From the IMG/VR virus record IMGVR_UViG_3300046832_002586, positions 1 through 64,000 of that record: a DNA stretch of 64,000 bases; one strand, 5' to 3'. The stretch is from an uncultured virus (IMG/VR IMGVR_UViG_3300046832_002586). Its lineage: Duplodnaviria; Heunggongvirae; Uroviricota; Caudoviricetes. The position numbers and the translations under genes are program-made. Shown one piece after another: positions 52,342 to 61,746 of this stretch (position 1 is the stretch's first letter; each line of letters starts with the position of its first letter). The notes beneath the pieces are model-generated. The model made no database searches. It was not told the origin of the DNA and saw nothing but the letters and a program-made list of their open reading frames with translations.

Positions 52342-52596
52342 ATGTTTGTCGCAAAATATGTTGTTATCAATGGTAGTGTGATTGTTTTTAGTGCTGCGAT
52401 AAATCACTCTGACATAGTTGGTGGGCAAGATGCAACAAGTGCTGGGTTTGTCTCATTCCGAGTAATCAAAGATGTGGATGACTTTGATGTTGTTGAACCA
52501 CATTGTTATGGTGAGTCTATAAGTTTGGGGGGATTAAAATCAAATCCTGAGGAAGACCAAAAAAAGATTAGGTTACAAATCCTTAATAGATATTAA
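52342..52596 (+). CDS. hypothetical protein
   Basis: 84 aa ORF. Confidence 0.65.
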   Translation: MFVAKYVVINGSVIVFSAAINHSDIVGGQDATSAGFVSFRVIKDVDDFDVVEPHCYGESISLGGLKSNPEEDQKKIRLQILNRY

Positions 52597-53138
52597 AGGT
52601 ATTTCGCTAAAACGTTTCTTAAACTTATTTTTGCCTTACTGAGTTGTGAACGAGAGGTTCCTGGGTCAATACCCAAGACCTCCGCAATCTCATTGTGTTT
52701 TAGGTTACCAAAATAATATAACATCAATATTGTTTTGTAACCTTCGGCTAAACCATCAACCGCTTTTCTTAACTGTTCTTTGGTTATTCTACCACCCATG
52801 AAATCGGTTTCCGTAGGTTCTACTCCAACATCCATTTTTGAGATATCTAAATCAGTTGTGGTATCCAACTGTTTTTTTCTAAACTCATTGATAATTTCGT
52901 TGGTGACAACTCTTCTTACCCATCCTTGTAAACTACCTTGACCTGAGTATTTGTCTAAGTTTTTATGAACTTTAAGAAATCCAATCTGACAAAACTCTTT
53001 GGCTAAATCAATATCACCTTTGGCGTACTTCATACAAACCTGAGAAAATATTGGATTGTAATTTTTTTTATAAACTTCCGTAAAATCTAACCCTTCGGTT
53101 AAAATCTTACGTTGAGACTCCGTGATAATAATTTTCAT
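52593..53138 (-). CDS. ECF-type RNA polymerase sigma-70 factor with N-terminal leader
   Basis: region 2 GFLKVH...SLQGWVRRVVTNEIIN; region 4 HNEIAEVLGIDPGTSRSQLSKAK. Confidence 0.9.
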   Translation of the reverse strand: MKIIITESQRKILTEGLDFTEVYKKNYNPIFSQVCMKYAKGDIDLAKEFCQIGFLKVHKNLDKYSGQGSLQGWVRRVVTNEIINEFRKKQLDTTTDLDISKMDVGVEPTETDFMGGRITKEQLRKAVDGLAEGYKTILMLYYFGNLKHNEIAEVLGIDPGTSRSQLSKAKISLRNVLAKYL

Positions 53139-53155
53139 ATTCTAATAAATATCTG

Positions 53156-53542
53156 TTAGATGGGTTCCCCTTCAATTGCCCAATAAAACATGGAATAATT
53201 ACCTGCGAGTTGTTTCACATAATCAATGACTTCACTTAATTGTTCGGGATTAATGGTATCATCTTCAACCCATTCAACGTTAATCCAAATGTCACCTTTA
53301 CTTGGGTAGACAATAAAGATTAAGAATTCATCATCAAAGAATTTGAAATCTTTTCCTTCAAATCCAAAGACTTGAATTGCTTGGTCTTCAATTAACATTC
53401 TTCCTGGCTCAACAATATCGTAACGATTCAGAAAATCGGCAACGGTTAAAACTTCCTCTGTTGGCTGGCCAATAATATTAGATTCAATATCAATATTTTC
53501 ATTGAATCTTTTATATTGTGATTCTGAGATAATATACTTCAT
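53156..53542 (-). CDS. leader-bearing acidic hypothetical protein
   Basis: likely start MKYIISESQ at 53542 after TATTTAT. Confidence 0.7.
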   Translation of the reverse strand: MKYIISESQYKRFNENIDIESNIIGQPTEEVLTVADFLNRYDIVEPGRMLIEDQAIQVFGFEGKDFKFFDDEFLIFIVYPSKGDIWINVEWVEDDTINPEQLSEVIDYVKQLAGNYSMFYWAIEGEPI

Positions 53543-53627
53543 GATTATAAATACTTTCCTATAGTTAATATTAAAGTTTTGATAATACATAAAACCATCA
53601 TAACAACATAATTTAACCTAATTATAG

Positions 53628-54317
53628 GTGATGAAAATAGAAGCATTATTTATTTCGGACGTTCACTTAGGTGCCCGTGGGGTTGAGTCCGAAAAACTGT
53701 TAGAAGTATTGAAGATGTACAACCCTGAGCATTTGTTTTTAGTTGGTGATATAATAGATGGTTGGTTACTCAAGAAAAGATTTTATTGGACACAATCATA
53801 CACCAATGTAATTAGAAAGATTCTATCTTACTCAAAGAACGGTACCAAGGTAATTTACATTACGGGAAACCATGATGAGTTTTTGAGGGAGTTCCCATTC
53901 TTGGAGTTGGGTAACATTGAAATTCATAATGAATATGAATATAAAGGTACTTGGATTACACACGGTGACTTATATGACGGTGTGGTTAAATTAAAGTGGT
54001 TGGCTATGTTAGGTTCAATTGGATATGACTCGGCGATTTACATTGACAGAAAACTAAAGTCTTTGGGGGTTAAAAGGTCTTTGTCCAAATTCTTAAAAGA
54101 CAGAGTTAAAGAGGCGGTAAAGTTTATCACATCATTTGAGAATCAACTTGTGTTCCAAGCTAAAAGAAGATACTGTCATACGGTTATATGTGGGCACATC
54201 CACACACCTGAAGACAAGATGGTTGATGGGGTTAGATATTTAAATTGTGGTGATTGGATTGAGAACAAATCATATATTACATTAAAAGATGGGCAATATG
54301 AAGTACACAAATATTAG
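53628..54317 (+). CDS. LpxH-like (UDP-2,3-diacylglucosamine hydrolase family) metallophosphoesterase
   Basis: FISDVHLG, VGDIIDGW, GNHD, HGD, CGHIH, NCGDW. Confidence 0.85.
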   Translation: MMKIEALFISDVHLGARGVESEKLLEVLKMYNPEHLFLVGDIIDGWLLKKRFYWTQSYTNVIRKILSYSKNGTKVIYITGNHDEFLREFPFLELGNIEIHNEYEYKGTWITHGDLYDGVVKLKWLAMLGSIGYDSAIYIDRKLKSLGVKRSLSKFLKDRVKEAVKFITSFENQLVFQAKRRYCHTVICGHIHTPEDKMVDGVRYLNCGDWIENKSYITLKDGQYEVHKY

Positions 54318-55026
54318 TGATGAATTGACAATTGTAATTCCGTGTTACAACGAGGTGAATTACATAGGAAAAACTTTGATGAACATTGGTAAACAAGTGG
54401 GTATCAAAGGAACAAGAGTTATTGTCAGTGATGGTAAATCAACTGACGGAACACAAGAGGTTATCAAAAGATGTAAAGAGGAGTTAAAGGATGTGTTAAA
54501 GATTGAGATACAAAATGGGGGGAAGGTTGCTCTTGGTAGGAACGTAGGTGCCAATCTGAGTAAAACACCTTACATTTTATTCTTGGATGCTGACTCAATA
54601 CTTTTAAGTGATACTCAAATATCTGATGCACTTTTAACACTGAAAGACAGTAAGGTACAACTTGTAACTTGTAAGGTAAAATCGGTTAGTAAATCACTTA
54701 GAAGCAAACTTGCATTTAAACTCTTCAATGTGGTAAATCACTTTGTGAGTAAGAAGACACCATTCGCGGTTGGTACATTCTTTTTAACTACAAAGAAATC
54801 ATTTATGCATTACGGACAATTTGATGAAACCCTTCAACACTCTGAAGATTATTGTTTGTCAAAAAAATACAGAGTAAGAGAATTTAAAATTTTAAATCAC
54901 TACGTTGGTCAGGACGATAGAAGATTCAGGAAGATGGGTTATACAGGTATGATTCGGTTGTTAATCAAATCATATGTTAACAGACGGAATCCAAACTTTT
55001 TTAGACAAGACGTGGGTTATTGGTAA
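54289..55026 (+). CDS. glycosyltransferase family 2
   Basis: IVIPCYNE, STDGT, GRNVGA, FLDAD, SED. Confidence 0.88.
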   Translation: MGNMKYTNISDELTIVIPCYNEVNYIGKTLMNIGKQVGIKGTRVIVSDGKSTDGTQEVIKRCKEELKDVLKIEIQNGGKVALGRNVGANLSKTPYILFLDADSILLSDTQISDALLTLKDSKVQLVTCKVKSVSKSLRSKLAFKLFNVVNHFVSKKTPFAVGTFFLTTKKSFMHYGQFDETLQHSEDYCLSKKYRVREFKILNHYVGQDDRRFRKMGYTGMIRLLIKSYVNRRNPNFFRQDVGYW

Positions 55027-55030
55027 AAAT

Positions 55031-55061
55031 AAAAGGGGAGTAGCGAATTCCCCTTTTTTTT
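55031..55061. terminator. bidirectional terminator
   Basis: AAAAGGGGA...TCCCCTTTT hairpin with A- and T-tracts. Confidence 0.75.
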
Positions 55062-55162
55062 GTTACCGAAACGGTAACGGTCCTAAATGCCCTGAAACAG
55101 GGGGCTTGTTTTATTTATAAATATCTTCAAATTATTATTTGTGATGATAGTATTTACCTTTT

Positions 55163-55339
55163 ATGAGAGATGCATTCCCAATCATAGGTAAAGAGATTAC
55201 TTACAACAACAAAATGTGGACTATAAAAAAGTTTTATTATGTTCCAAATAATCCAAACATCTATGTTGCTTTATTTGATGGTATTTCACAAATGAACGTT
55301 GTGTTAAAGGAGATATCTGAACTAATTACAAAAGATTAA
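55163..55339 (+). CDS. 58 aa hypothetical protein (not in ORF track)
   Basis: manual translation MRDAFPIIGKEITYNNKMWTIKK...ELITKD. Confidence 0.55.
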   Translation: MRDAFPIIGKEITYNNKMWTIKKFYYVPNNPNIYVALFDGISQMNVVLKEISELITKD

Positions 55340-55353
55340 AATATTTATTGTTT

Positions 55354-55875
55354 ATGAATTTGTTTGAAAACATAAATAGGATTAAGGAGGTGATGGGATT
55401 AAACGAAGTGTTTGATGACATCAAAGGAGTTCCGTTATATCACAAGACTTCAACAAACAGGGGATTAGATATAATCAATAGTGATGCGTTAAGGGCGGGT
55501 TCAATACCATCAGGAGATTACCTTCAATATGATAAAAGAATGGCCAAAACAAAACATCAAAACGCCATTTCATTTACAAGAGATAAGAATTGGGACCCAG
55601 GTCACACAATAGGTATAGGATTGGAATCACCATTGGAAGATTCAAATATGACATTTGTTGTAGATAGAAACAAATTAAGAACAAAATATAAAGTTGAATC
55701 GTTCAACTATGCAGGGATTGAACCTGACTACGAATATCATAAAAAGAATAATGAATTGGAAGAACGTGTGATGACTAATGAAATATATCCATTACATCGT
55801 TATCTTATAGACATCATTTACACGGGTGATGACCCTGAAGTTCAAGATAAAATCAACAATTATTTGAGACGATGA
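55354..55875 (+). CDS. leader-bearing protein, possible ADP-ribosyltransferase fold
   Basis: LYHKT...ISFTR...ELEERV spacing resembles ART cores. Confidence 0.5.
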   Translation: MNLFENINRIKEVMGLNEVFDDIKGVPLYHKTSTNRGLDIINSDALRAGSIPSGDYLQYDKRMAKTKHQNAISFTRDKNWDPGHTIGIGLESPLEDSNMTFVVDRNKLRTKYKVESFNYAGIEPDYEYHKKNNELEERVMTNEIYPLHRYLIDIIYTGDDPEVQDKINNYLRR

Positions 55876-56393
55876 ACTTACAAGAAAATATACATAGAAT
55901 CAAAGAAATGATGGGAGTTATCAATGAAGAGGTAATCACCAATCAACCTGTAGAAATATTCTCTGATGGTGGGGGAAGTGAATATGCAGACAAATATGTT
56001 GGAGCAATTCAGAAGATACGAGTAAGTGACACATTACCAAACGAGCCATTCAAAGATATATCATACATGGAAACAAGTGATAATATTAAAAATATGGTTA
56101 AATCCATCAATGATGGTGAAGAGTTACCACCAATCAAAGTAATACAACATCCATATGACAGGACTAAGTATATTGTGGTTGATGGAAATCACAGAAGATA
56201 CGCATTTCTTAAGTCAGATATGGATGATGTTGGTGCAATTGTTATACCCCACTCAGATGTGGTTTTAATGAAAACAACATGGGGTGATAAAAATAAAGAC
56301 TATGTAAGTTTATCCGATGTCTTAGATAATAAAAAGGTGATAGATAAATATTTTGTTAAACCTGATGGGACAAACAATTTTGAAATAAATTAA
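55872..56393 (+). CDS. leader-bearing ParB/Srx-like domain protein
   Basis: LPPIKV...YIVVDGNHRRYA. Confidence 0.75.
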   Translation: MNLQENIHRIKEMMGVINEEVITNQPVEIFSDGGGSEYADKYVGAIQKIRVSDTLPNEPFKDISYMETSDNIKNMVKSINDGEELPPIKVIQHPYDRTKYIVVDGNHRRYAFLKSDMDDVGAIVIPHSDVVLMKTTWGDKNKDYVSLSDVLDNKKVIDKYFVKPDGTNNFEIN

Positions 56394-56458
56394 TATATTT
56401 ATCCATTATGAAAAGTTCAAAGAACACATATTTAGAATGTAATCAATGATGGGATTTT

Positions 56459-57019
56459 TTATTGTACAATTAATATGTTGGGTTTGGTTGTAAATAATTT
56501 TGAACCTGTTTTTAATAAATCACTTGATAGTCTTGGTGTAACAGTAACAATAAATTTATTTATTTTACCTGGTTTGGTAAATTGTTTTAGTTTTTGAATC
56601 ATATCAGAATTTTCATCAACTATAGAATATACAACATATGAATTATCAATAACCTCATAGTTTGCTTTAAATGTTGAGGCGTTAAAAAGTTGACCATTAT
56701 CTGTACCAAAACGATAAACAAGTTTACCATCTTCAGTTGTTACATCCAATCTTTCAATGAGATTAATAACTTGTGATTGATTTGGATTTCTTAAATCCAT
56801 TGAAGATATGGTTTCTCCATCATTACCTTTGATTTGAACACCAAGTTTTAAATCCCCATTACTATATGGGTTTGGTGCTATAAATGGCATTACTGTAGCA
56901 TTTTTAGCCCAATCAAGAAATTCTTGGTTATCTTCAGGAGATTGTGTTTGTTCATTAACCAACCCATACATTCTTCTGATTTGTTCTTTTTCGGATTCTT
57001 GTAATATAAATTTACCCAT
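56459..57019 (-). CDS. leader-bearing hypothetical protein
   Basis: likely start MGKFILQESEKEQIRRMYGLVNEQ at 57019 after TATTTAT. Confidence 0.7.
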   Translation of the reverse strand: MGKFILQESEKEQIRRMYGLVNEQTQSPEDNQEFLDWAKNATVMPFIAPNPYSNGDLKLGVQIKGNDGETISSMDLRNPNQSQVINLIERLDVTTEDGKLVYRFGTDNGQLFNASTFKANYEVIDNSYVVYSIVDENSDMIQKLKQFTKPGKINKFIVTVTPRLSSDLLKTGSKLFTTKPNILIVQ

Positions 57020-57119
57020 GTAAATAAATACCGTAAAAATCACAATTTGTTTGACATACCCATTAATAATGTGTTGATACATCACCACAGATTGTTTATG
57101 TTTATCAAAAATATAACAC

Positions 57120-57551
57120 ATGAGTAGAGTAAAAATTTCAACAAGCAAGGGTGATATGATTGCAGAATTGTATGACGATGAAACGCCAATTACCACAGGT
57201 AACTTCAAAAGTTTAATTGAGAAGAAGTTTTATGATGGATTAAACTTCCACAGAGTAATTCCAAACTTTGTTGTTCAGGGTGGATGTCCTAACGGTATGG
57301 GTAACGGTGGTCCTGGCTACACCATTCAGTGTGAGGTAACCGCACCAAAACAATACCACGACAGAGGTGTATTGTCTATGGCACATGCGGGACGTAACAC
57401 AGGTGGTTCACAGTTCTTTATCTGTCACAACCGACAAGGTACACAGCATTTGGATAATAACCACACTTGTTTTGGTAAAGTGGTGGAAGGTCTTGATGTC
57501 CTTGACCAAATCAGACAGGGAGATGTGATTAACTCAATCGGGATGATGTAA
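57120..57551 (+). CDS. cyclophilin-type peptidyl-prolyl isomerase
   Basis: FHRVIPNFVVQGG, LSMAHAGRNTGGSQFFI. Confidence 0.95.
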   Translation: MSRVKISTSKGDMIAELYDDETPITTGNFKSLIEKKFYDGLNFHRVIPNFVVQGGCPNGMGNGGPGYTIQCEVTAPKQYHDRGVLSMAHAGRNTGGSQFFICHNRQGTQHLDNNHTCFGKVVEGLDVLDQIRQGDVINSIGMM

Positions 57552-57576
57552 TTCCCATTTAAATCAAAATCATAAA

Positions 57577-57603
57577 GCCCTCCACCAAAAGTGGGGGTTT
57601 TTT
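57577..57603 (+). terminator. conserved hairpin (copy 2)
   Basis: GCCCTCCAC-CAAAA-GTGGGGGT plus T-tract. Confidence 0.75.
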
Positions 57604-57640
57604 ATTTGGTAGTGTCAAATTTTTTGTTTTACTTTGCATT

Positions 57641-58114
57641 ATGAGTAATATGGAACACCAAATTAACCTTGAAAAAATTGCTGAAGGTTTCAACATCAGT
57701 GTTGATGCGGTAAAAAAATTTTTAAATGATGGTAGAATCATTGGTAGACTTTCGGAATTTATTCGAGAAGAAGTAAGAGGTTCCACTCGAGCGTCATCTG
57801 AGTCGAGTCCATATGATGTTAGTGATGTTATGAATGGTAGAGAAGAAGTTAGGTCCATAAGTAAAAATGGTATTTCTTTTGCATCATCTAAGGAGGTTGG
57901 ATATGGTAGGGTGGTTACTGAAGAAGGGTTTAAAGAAAAATTAAATAGTTTAGACATTTATGTTGCTGTCGATTTTAGAGATATTGAAAACCTAATTTTT
58001 CATGAAATAACTAAAGATGAAATTGTCTTGTTAGAAAAAAATGGAAAATTAGGTAAGAATAAAAAAATGAGTGCGGAAAAAATTTATGAATTTTTAAACA
58101 GGCGTAATAAATAA
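57641..58114 (+). CDS. putative restriction-endonuclease-like protein
   Basis: YDV...EEVRS resembles a PD-(D/E)xK core; adjacent to an MTase. Confidence 0.4.
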   Translation: MSNMEHQINLEKIAEGFNISVDAVKKFLNDGRIIGRLSEFIREEVRGSTRASSESSPYDVSDVMNGREEVRSISKNGISFASSKEVGYGRVVTEEGFKEKLNSLDIYVAVDFRDIENLIFHEITKDEIVLLEKNGKLGKNKKMSAEKIYEFLNRRNK

Positions 58115-58149
58115 TATACTTTGTATTTAAAAAATCTTATATTTACTGT

Positions 58150-58977
58150 ATGGAAGTTAATAGAATTTATTTGGAAGATTGTTTGGACACGATGAAAAGA
58201 ATGCCAGACAATTTTGTTTCTCTGACTGTCACATCACCTCCGTATGATGACCTTAGAACGTATAACAATAAGATAAAAGGTTTAACCACTGATTACAATG
58301 GATACTCATTTGACTTTGAGAACATTGCTCGTGAGTTATACAGAGTAACCAAAAAAGGTGGGGTTGTTGTATGGGTTGTAGGAGATGCAACACACAATGG
58401 TTCTGAAACAGGAACATCATTCAGACAGGCGTTATTCTTTAAAGAAATTGGGTTCAATATTCACGACACAATGATTTATATGAAGAACAACTTTGCCAAT
58501 CCATCAAACACAAGATATCATCAGATATTTGAGTATATGTTTGTTTTATCTAAAGGTAAACCTGAGGTATTCAATCCAATCAAAGACAGGAAGAATGTAT
58601 ATGGTGGACAGGTAGGTTCGTGGGGTAAAAACACTGTCAGACAAAAAGATGGTTCCATGAAGGAGAATACCAAGAAGATGATTGAGGAGTATGGACAAAG
58701 ATATAATGTTTGGACGTATAAAACTTCTAAGAATGGACAAGAAGATGAGGTTGCATATGAACACCCCGCTATCTTCCCGATTGATTTGGTTAAGGACCAT
58801 ATTACATCTTGGACAAACGAGGGGGATATTATTTACGACCCATTTATGGGAAGTGGAACCACCGCAAAAGGTGCGATGTTGTTGAATAGACTATGGATTG
58901 GTTCTGAGATAAATGAAGAGTATGTAGATATTTGTGACCGAAGGTTAGGAACGATTCAAACGGAAATGAATCTGTAA
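58150..58977 (+). CDS. beta-class N4/N6 DNA methyltransferase
   Basis: TSPPY, HPAIFP, YDPFMGSGTT. Confidence 0.92.
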   Translation: MEVNRIYLEDCLDTMKRMPDNFVSLTVTSPPYDDLRTYNNKIKGLTTDYNGYSFDFENIARELYRVTKKGGVVVWVVGDATHNGSETGTSFRQALFFKEIGFNIHDTMIYMKNNFANPSNTRYHQIFEYMFVLSKGKPEVFNPIKDRKNVYGGQVGSWGKNTVRQKDGSMKENTKKMIEEYGQRYNVWTYKTSKNGQEDEVAYEHPAIFPIDLVKDHITSWTNEGDIIYDPFMGSGTTAKGAMLLNRLWIGSEINEEYVDICDRRLGTIQTEMNL

Positions 58978-58980
58978 AAT

Positions 58981-59010
58981 AGACCCTCACTAATTAAGTG
59001 GGGGTTTTTT
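58981..59010 (+). terminator. conserved hairpin (copy 3)
   Basis: AGACCCTCACT-AATTA-AGTGGGGGTTTTTT. Confidence 0.8.
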
Positions 59011-59146
59011 ATTTTAAAAAAAGTTTTAAAATCGTTTGGTAATTCAAAAATCTGTTTTATATTTGTAGTGTCGATGTGGGAGTAAATGTCCGAGCTTCTA
59101 TCACAGACACTCTATTAATCACAATTCGGACGACACTTTTTTTACA

Positions 59147-60709
59147 ATGAACCAAAATTCATTACATGAAACCGATATGGTATCATCGGGAGCACCCACC
59201 CTCACAGGAAGTGAAGGTCACGGTCAAAAGAACCAAGACAACCAATTAGTCGCTGACGCTAAAAGACGTTTAGTCGACTCTACTACTCAACCTTTGTTTA
59301 AAGGTGAGGTGACTGGTAAACACTATCTTGTGTATATCAAAGAAGATGCTGGTAAAGAAGTATCAGTGACTACTATCATTGATGACTATAAGTCAGATGG
59401 TCTTGTAAATCCGAAACCTGCATATCAACGTCCTGCGGGCCAACACTCGCCTAAAGTTCAAAAAGGAATTCTTCTTGACTTTTTGTGTGGAGAACGAGTT
59501 GGAACTATCGTACTTTATCAACCTGAAAACCGTTATCAACAAGAGCTTGTAGATGGTGGTCAACGAGTTGATATTATCCGTAAGTTTATAAATAGTAAAT
59601 TGACACTTTCTGGTCAACAAGCGGCTAAATTTTGGGCTTACTATCTTCCCGAAATTATCCGAGGGCACCAACAAAAAGTCGATGAGAGTTTACAACTTGA
59701 ATGTAATAAACTCTTGAAAGCGATTGGAACCAACAAAAACGTACCGGTGGTAAAATTTGAAAACTTACCGCATAATGTAAGAAAAGAGATAAAAAAACTA
59801 ACCTTTGACCTCAAAGTAATTAGTAAGATAGTGTTCAAGTGTATCGAAGACGATATTACGTTGACTTACAACTCTGAAGACTACGATGAGACTAAAGTTA
59901 TTGAGATGGTTAGGAGTAAATTTAACAAGTTGAACTTACAACAAAAACCTGTACAACCCATCCATCAGATTTGGGGTTCTCGAGATGAGTATAACATCAA
60001 GTCCCGTGGATATGTTGAGACTTACCCAGCTATCATGAGTGCATTTGGATACAACTTGGAAGAGGATGGTTCAACCAATGACGAAGAAGTGACACGAACC
60101 TTTAACGACCTGTTGGTACGTTCCATGTTAGGTTTTGATGAAAAAGTTAAGTGGGGTCTTGGTATCCAAAAAGTGGCTGAAAACTTACTCGATGCTGTTT
60201 ATGATGATGAGATTCCTGTTCAACCAAATGCTTTCGGTTTCATCGACTTTATGAGAACCCGTTTGGGTAAGGTTTTTAGTGGTAAGTTTGGTGATAAAAA
60301 CAATAATGTTCGTAAAGTGGAACTGGCTCGTGAGATGGTTGGTGTAGGTCAAAAAGCTGTGATGCAACGTTTGTTTATTCTTTCACTTATGGAATTTTGG
60401 ATGTATCTTAAAGAAAACAACAAATCGTCCAAGTACATGAGTGGCGAGACTATTTACGATAGTATGTATAATTACATGGAGTTGTTGTCTAAAGTTATCT
60501 CAACAGTAACTATGAGAACTATGGAGAAAGAAGATTACGGTAATGTTGATAAACCCCTCAAGAAGTATGGTTTGATGGGTATGTATGAGACTAACCAAAA
60601 ACTTTTTGACAACCTGATTCGTTTAGGTGGTCACTCTCAAAAAGACCATGTTTTGGTTAAACCAACCTTACGTTCTATTGTTGAGTTAGTTGATGAATAC
60701 ACCATCTAA
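59147..60709 (+). CDS. DUF262 (GmrSD N-terminal, ParB-like) domain protein
   Basis: PAYQR...ELVDGGQR...FNKLN motifs. Confidence 0.7.
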   Translation: MNQNSLHETDMVSSGAPTLTGSEGHGQKNQDNQLVADAKRRLVDSTTQPLFKGEVTGKHYLVYIKEDAGKEVSVTTIIDDYKSDGLVNPKPAYQRPAGQHSPKVQKGILLDFLCGERVGTIVLYQPENRYQQELVDGGQRVDIIRKFINSKLTLSGQQAAKFWAYYLPEIIRGHQQKVDESLQLECNKLLKAIGTNKNVPVVKFENLPHNVRKEIKKLTFDLKVISKIVFKCIEDDITLTYNSEDYDETKVIEMVRSKFNKLNLQQKPVQPIHQIWGSRDEYNIKSRGYVETYPAIMSAFGYNLEEDGSTNDEEVTRTFNDLLVRSMLGFDEKVKWGLGIQKVAENLLDAVYDDEIPVQPNAFGFIDFMRTRLGKVFSGKFGDKNNNVRKVELAREMVGVGQKAVMQRLFILSLMEFWMYLKENNKSSKYMSGETIYDSMYNYMELLSKVISTVTMRTMEKEDYGNVDKPLKKYGLMGMYETNQKLFDNLIRLGGHSQKDHVLVKPTLRSIVELVDEYTI

Positions 60710-60713
60710 AAAA

Positions 60714-60741
60714 AGACCCTCACATAAAGTGGGGGTTTTTT
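60714..60741 (+). terminator. conserved hairpin (copy 4)
   Basis: AGACCCTCAC-ATAAA-GTGGGGGTTTTTT. Confidence 0.8.
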
Positions 60742-60777
60742 ATTTACAGAATTTTTTATTTTGTTATTTTTTATTGA

Positions 60778-61746
60778 ATGAAAGATTTGATTTTTATAAC
60801 GGCTCATTGTCCATCGGAAGAACAAGAAAGAGCTCTTGAGAGGTGTATTGATTCTGTTTCAAAAAGTGGATATCACATTGCCTTATTATCTCACACTCAT
60901 ATTCCTTTTCATATTCAAAAAAAATGTAATTTTTATTTCTACGACTATTTGAATGATACTTCTGAGGACGTAGATTTATTACCTCCTGGTTTCTTTTTTT
61001 CTTTTGGTGACAAAATCATAAAATCCATTTTTTTCATAAAAAACTTTTATGGGTTTGCAATCTACAGAATGTTTTCAATCGCATCACAAATTGCAATCAA
61101 TTTTGGATATAAAAATATACATCACATTGAGTATGATTGTGAGGTCCTTGATTTAGAAATTTTAAAACAACACAATGAGTTATTAGAAAATTATGACTCA
61201 ATTCTTTACACAACAACTGGTGACAGTGATGGGTTTATGTTTGGGTCTTTAAAGTCTGTAAGGGTTGACAAATTACCACGATTGTTCACCGATTATAATC
61301 GTGATGAGATTGAAAAAAGGATGAGAGATTTTGGACAGAATGTAAATTTGGAATATATTACCAAAACAGAGTTCAAAAATCACACAAATGTTTTGTTTAG
61401 AAAAGAATCTGAACTCAATGGTTTTTTCAAAAAGGGAGAACATTTTTACGAGAGAAATTTACATTATACTCTTTTTTATGATAAAAAAGACAACAAAATC
61501 AAACTTTTCTACAATTCACAAAAAATTGAAGAGGAAACTGTAATTGTTATTATAAATAATTCCGAAGTGCATACCTTGAATGTAAAACCTAACCATTGGT
61601 ATATTGAAAATTTGTATCCTATGGATGAGGTAAAAACCATCAGAATTGATAATTCAGAAAAAATAATATACGAAAAACATTTTGATGATACTTTCAAAGA
61701 GATTTTTAAATTAAAATCTCACCTAATTTATGAAGAAAATAATTAA
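60778..61746 (+). CDS. hypothetical protein, possibly glycosyltransferase-like
   Basis: HIEYD (DxD-like) motif; operon with a sugar acetyltransferase. Confidence 0.5.
   Translation: MKDLIFITAHCPSEEQERALERCIDSVSKSGYHIALLSHTHIPFHIQKKCNFYFYDYLNDTSEDVDLLPPGFFFSFGDKIIKSIFFIKNFYGFAIYRMFSIASQIAINFGYKNIHHIEYDCEVLDLEILKQHNELLENYDSILYTTTGDSDGFMFGSLKSVRVDKLPRLFTDYNRDEIEKRMRDFGQNVNLEYITKTEFKNHTNVLFRKESELNGFFKKGEHFYERNLHYTLFYDKKDNKIKLFYNSQKIEEETVIVIINNSEVHTLNVKPNHWYIENLYPMDEVKTIRIDNSEKIIYEKHFDDTFKEIFKLKSHLIYEENN

Noticed and set aside
57559..57957. 132 aa minus-strand ORF
   Set aside because: It is antisense to the better-supported gene at 57641-58114 and crosses a terminator.
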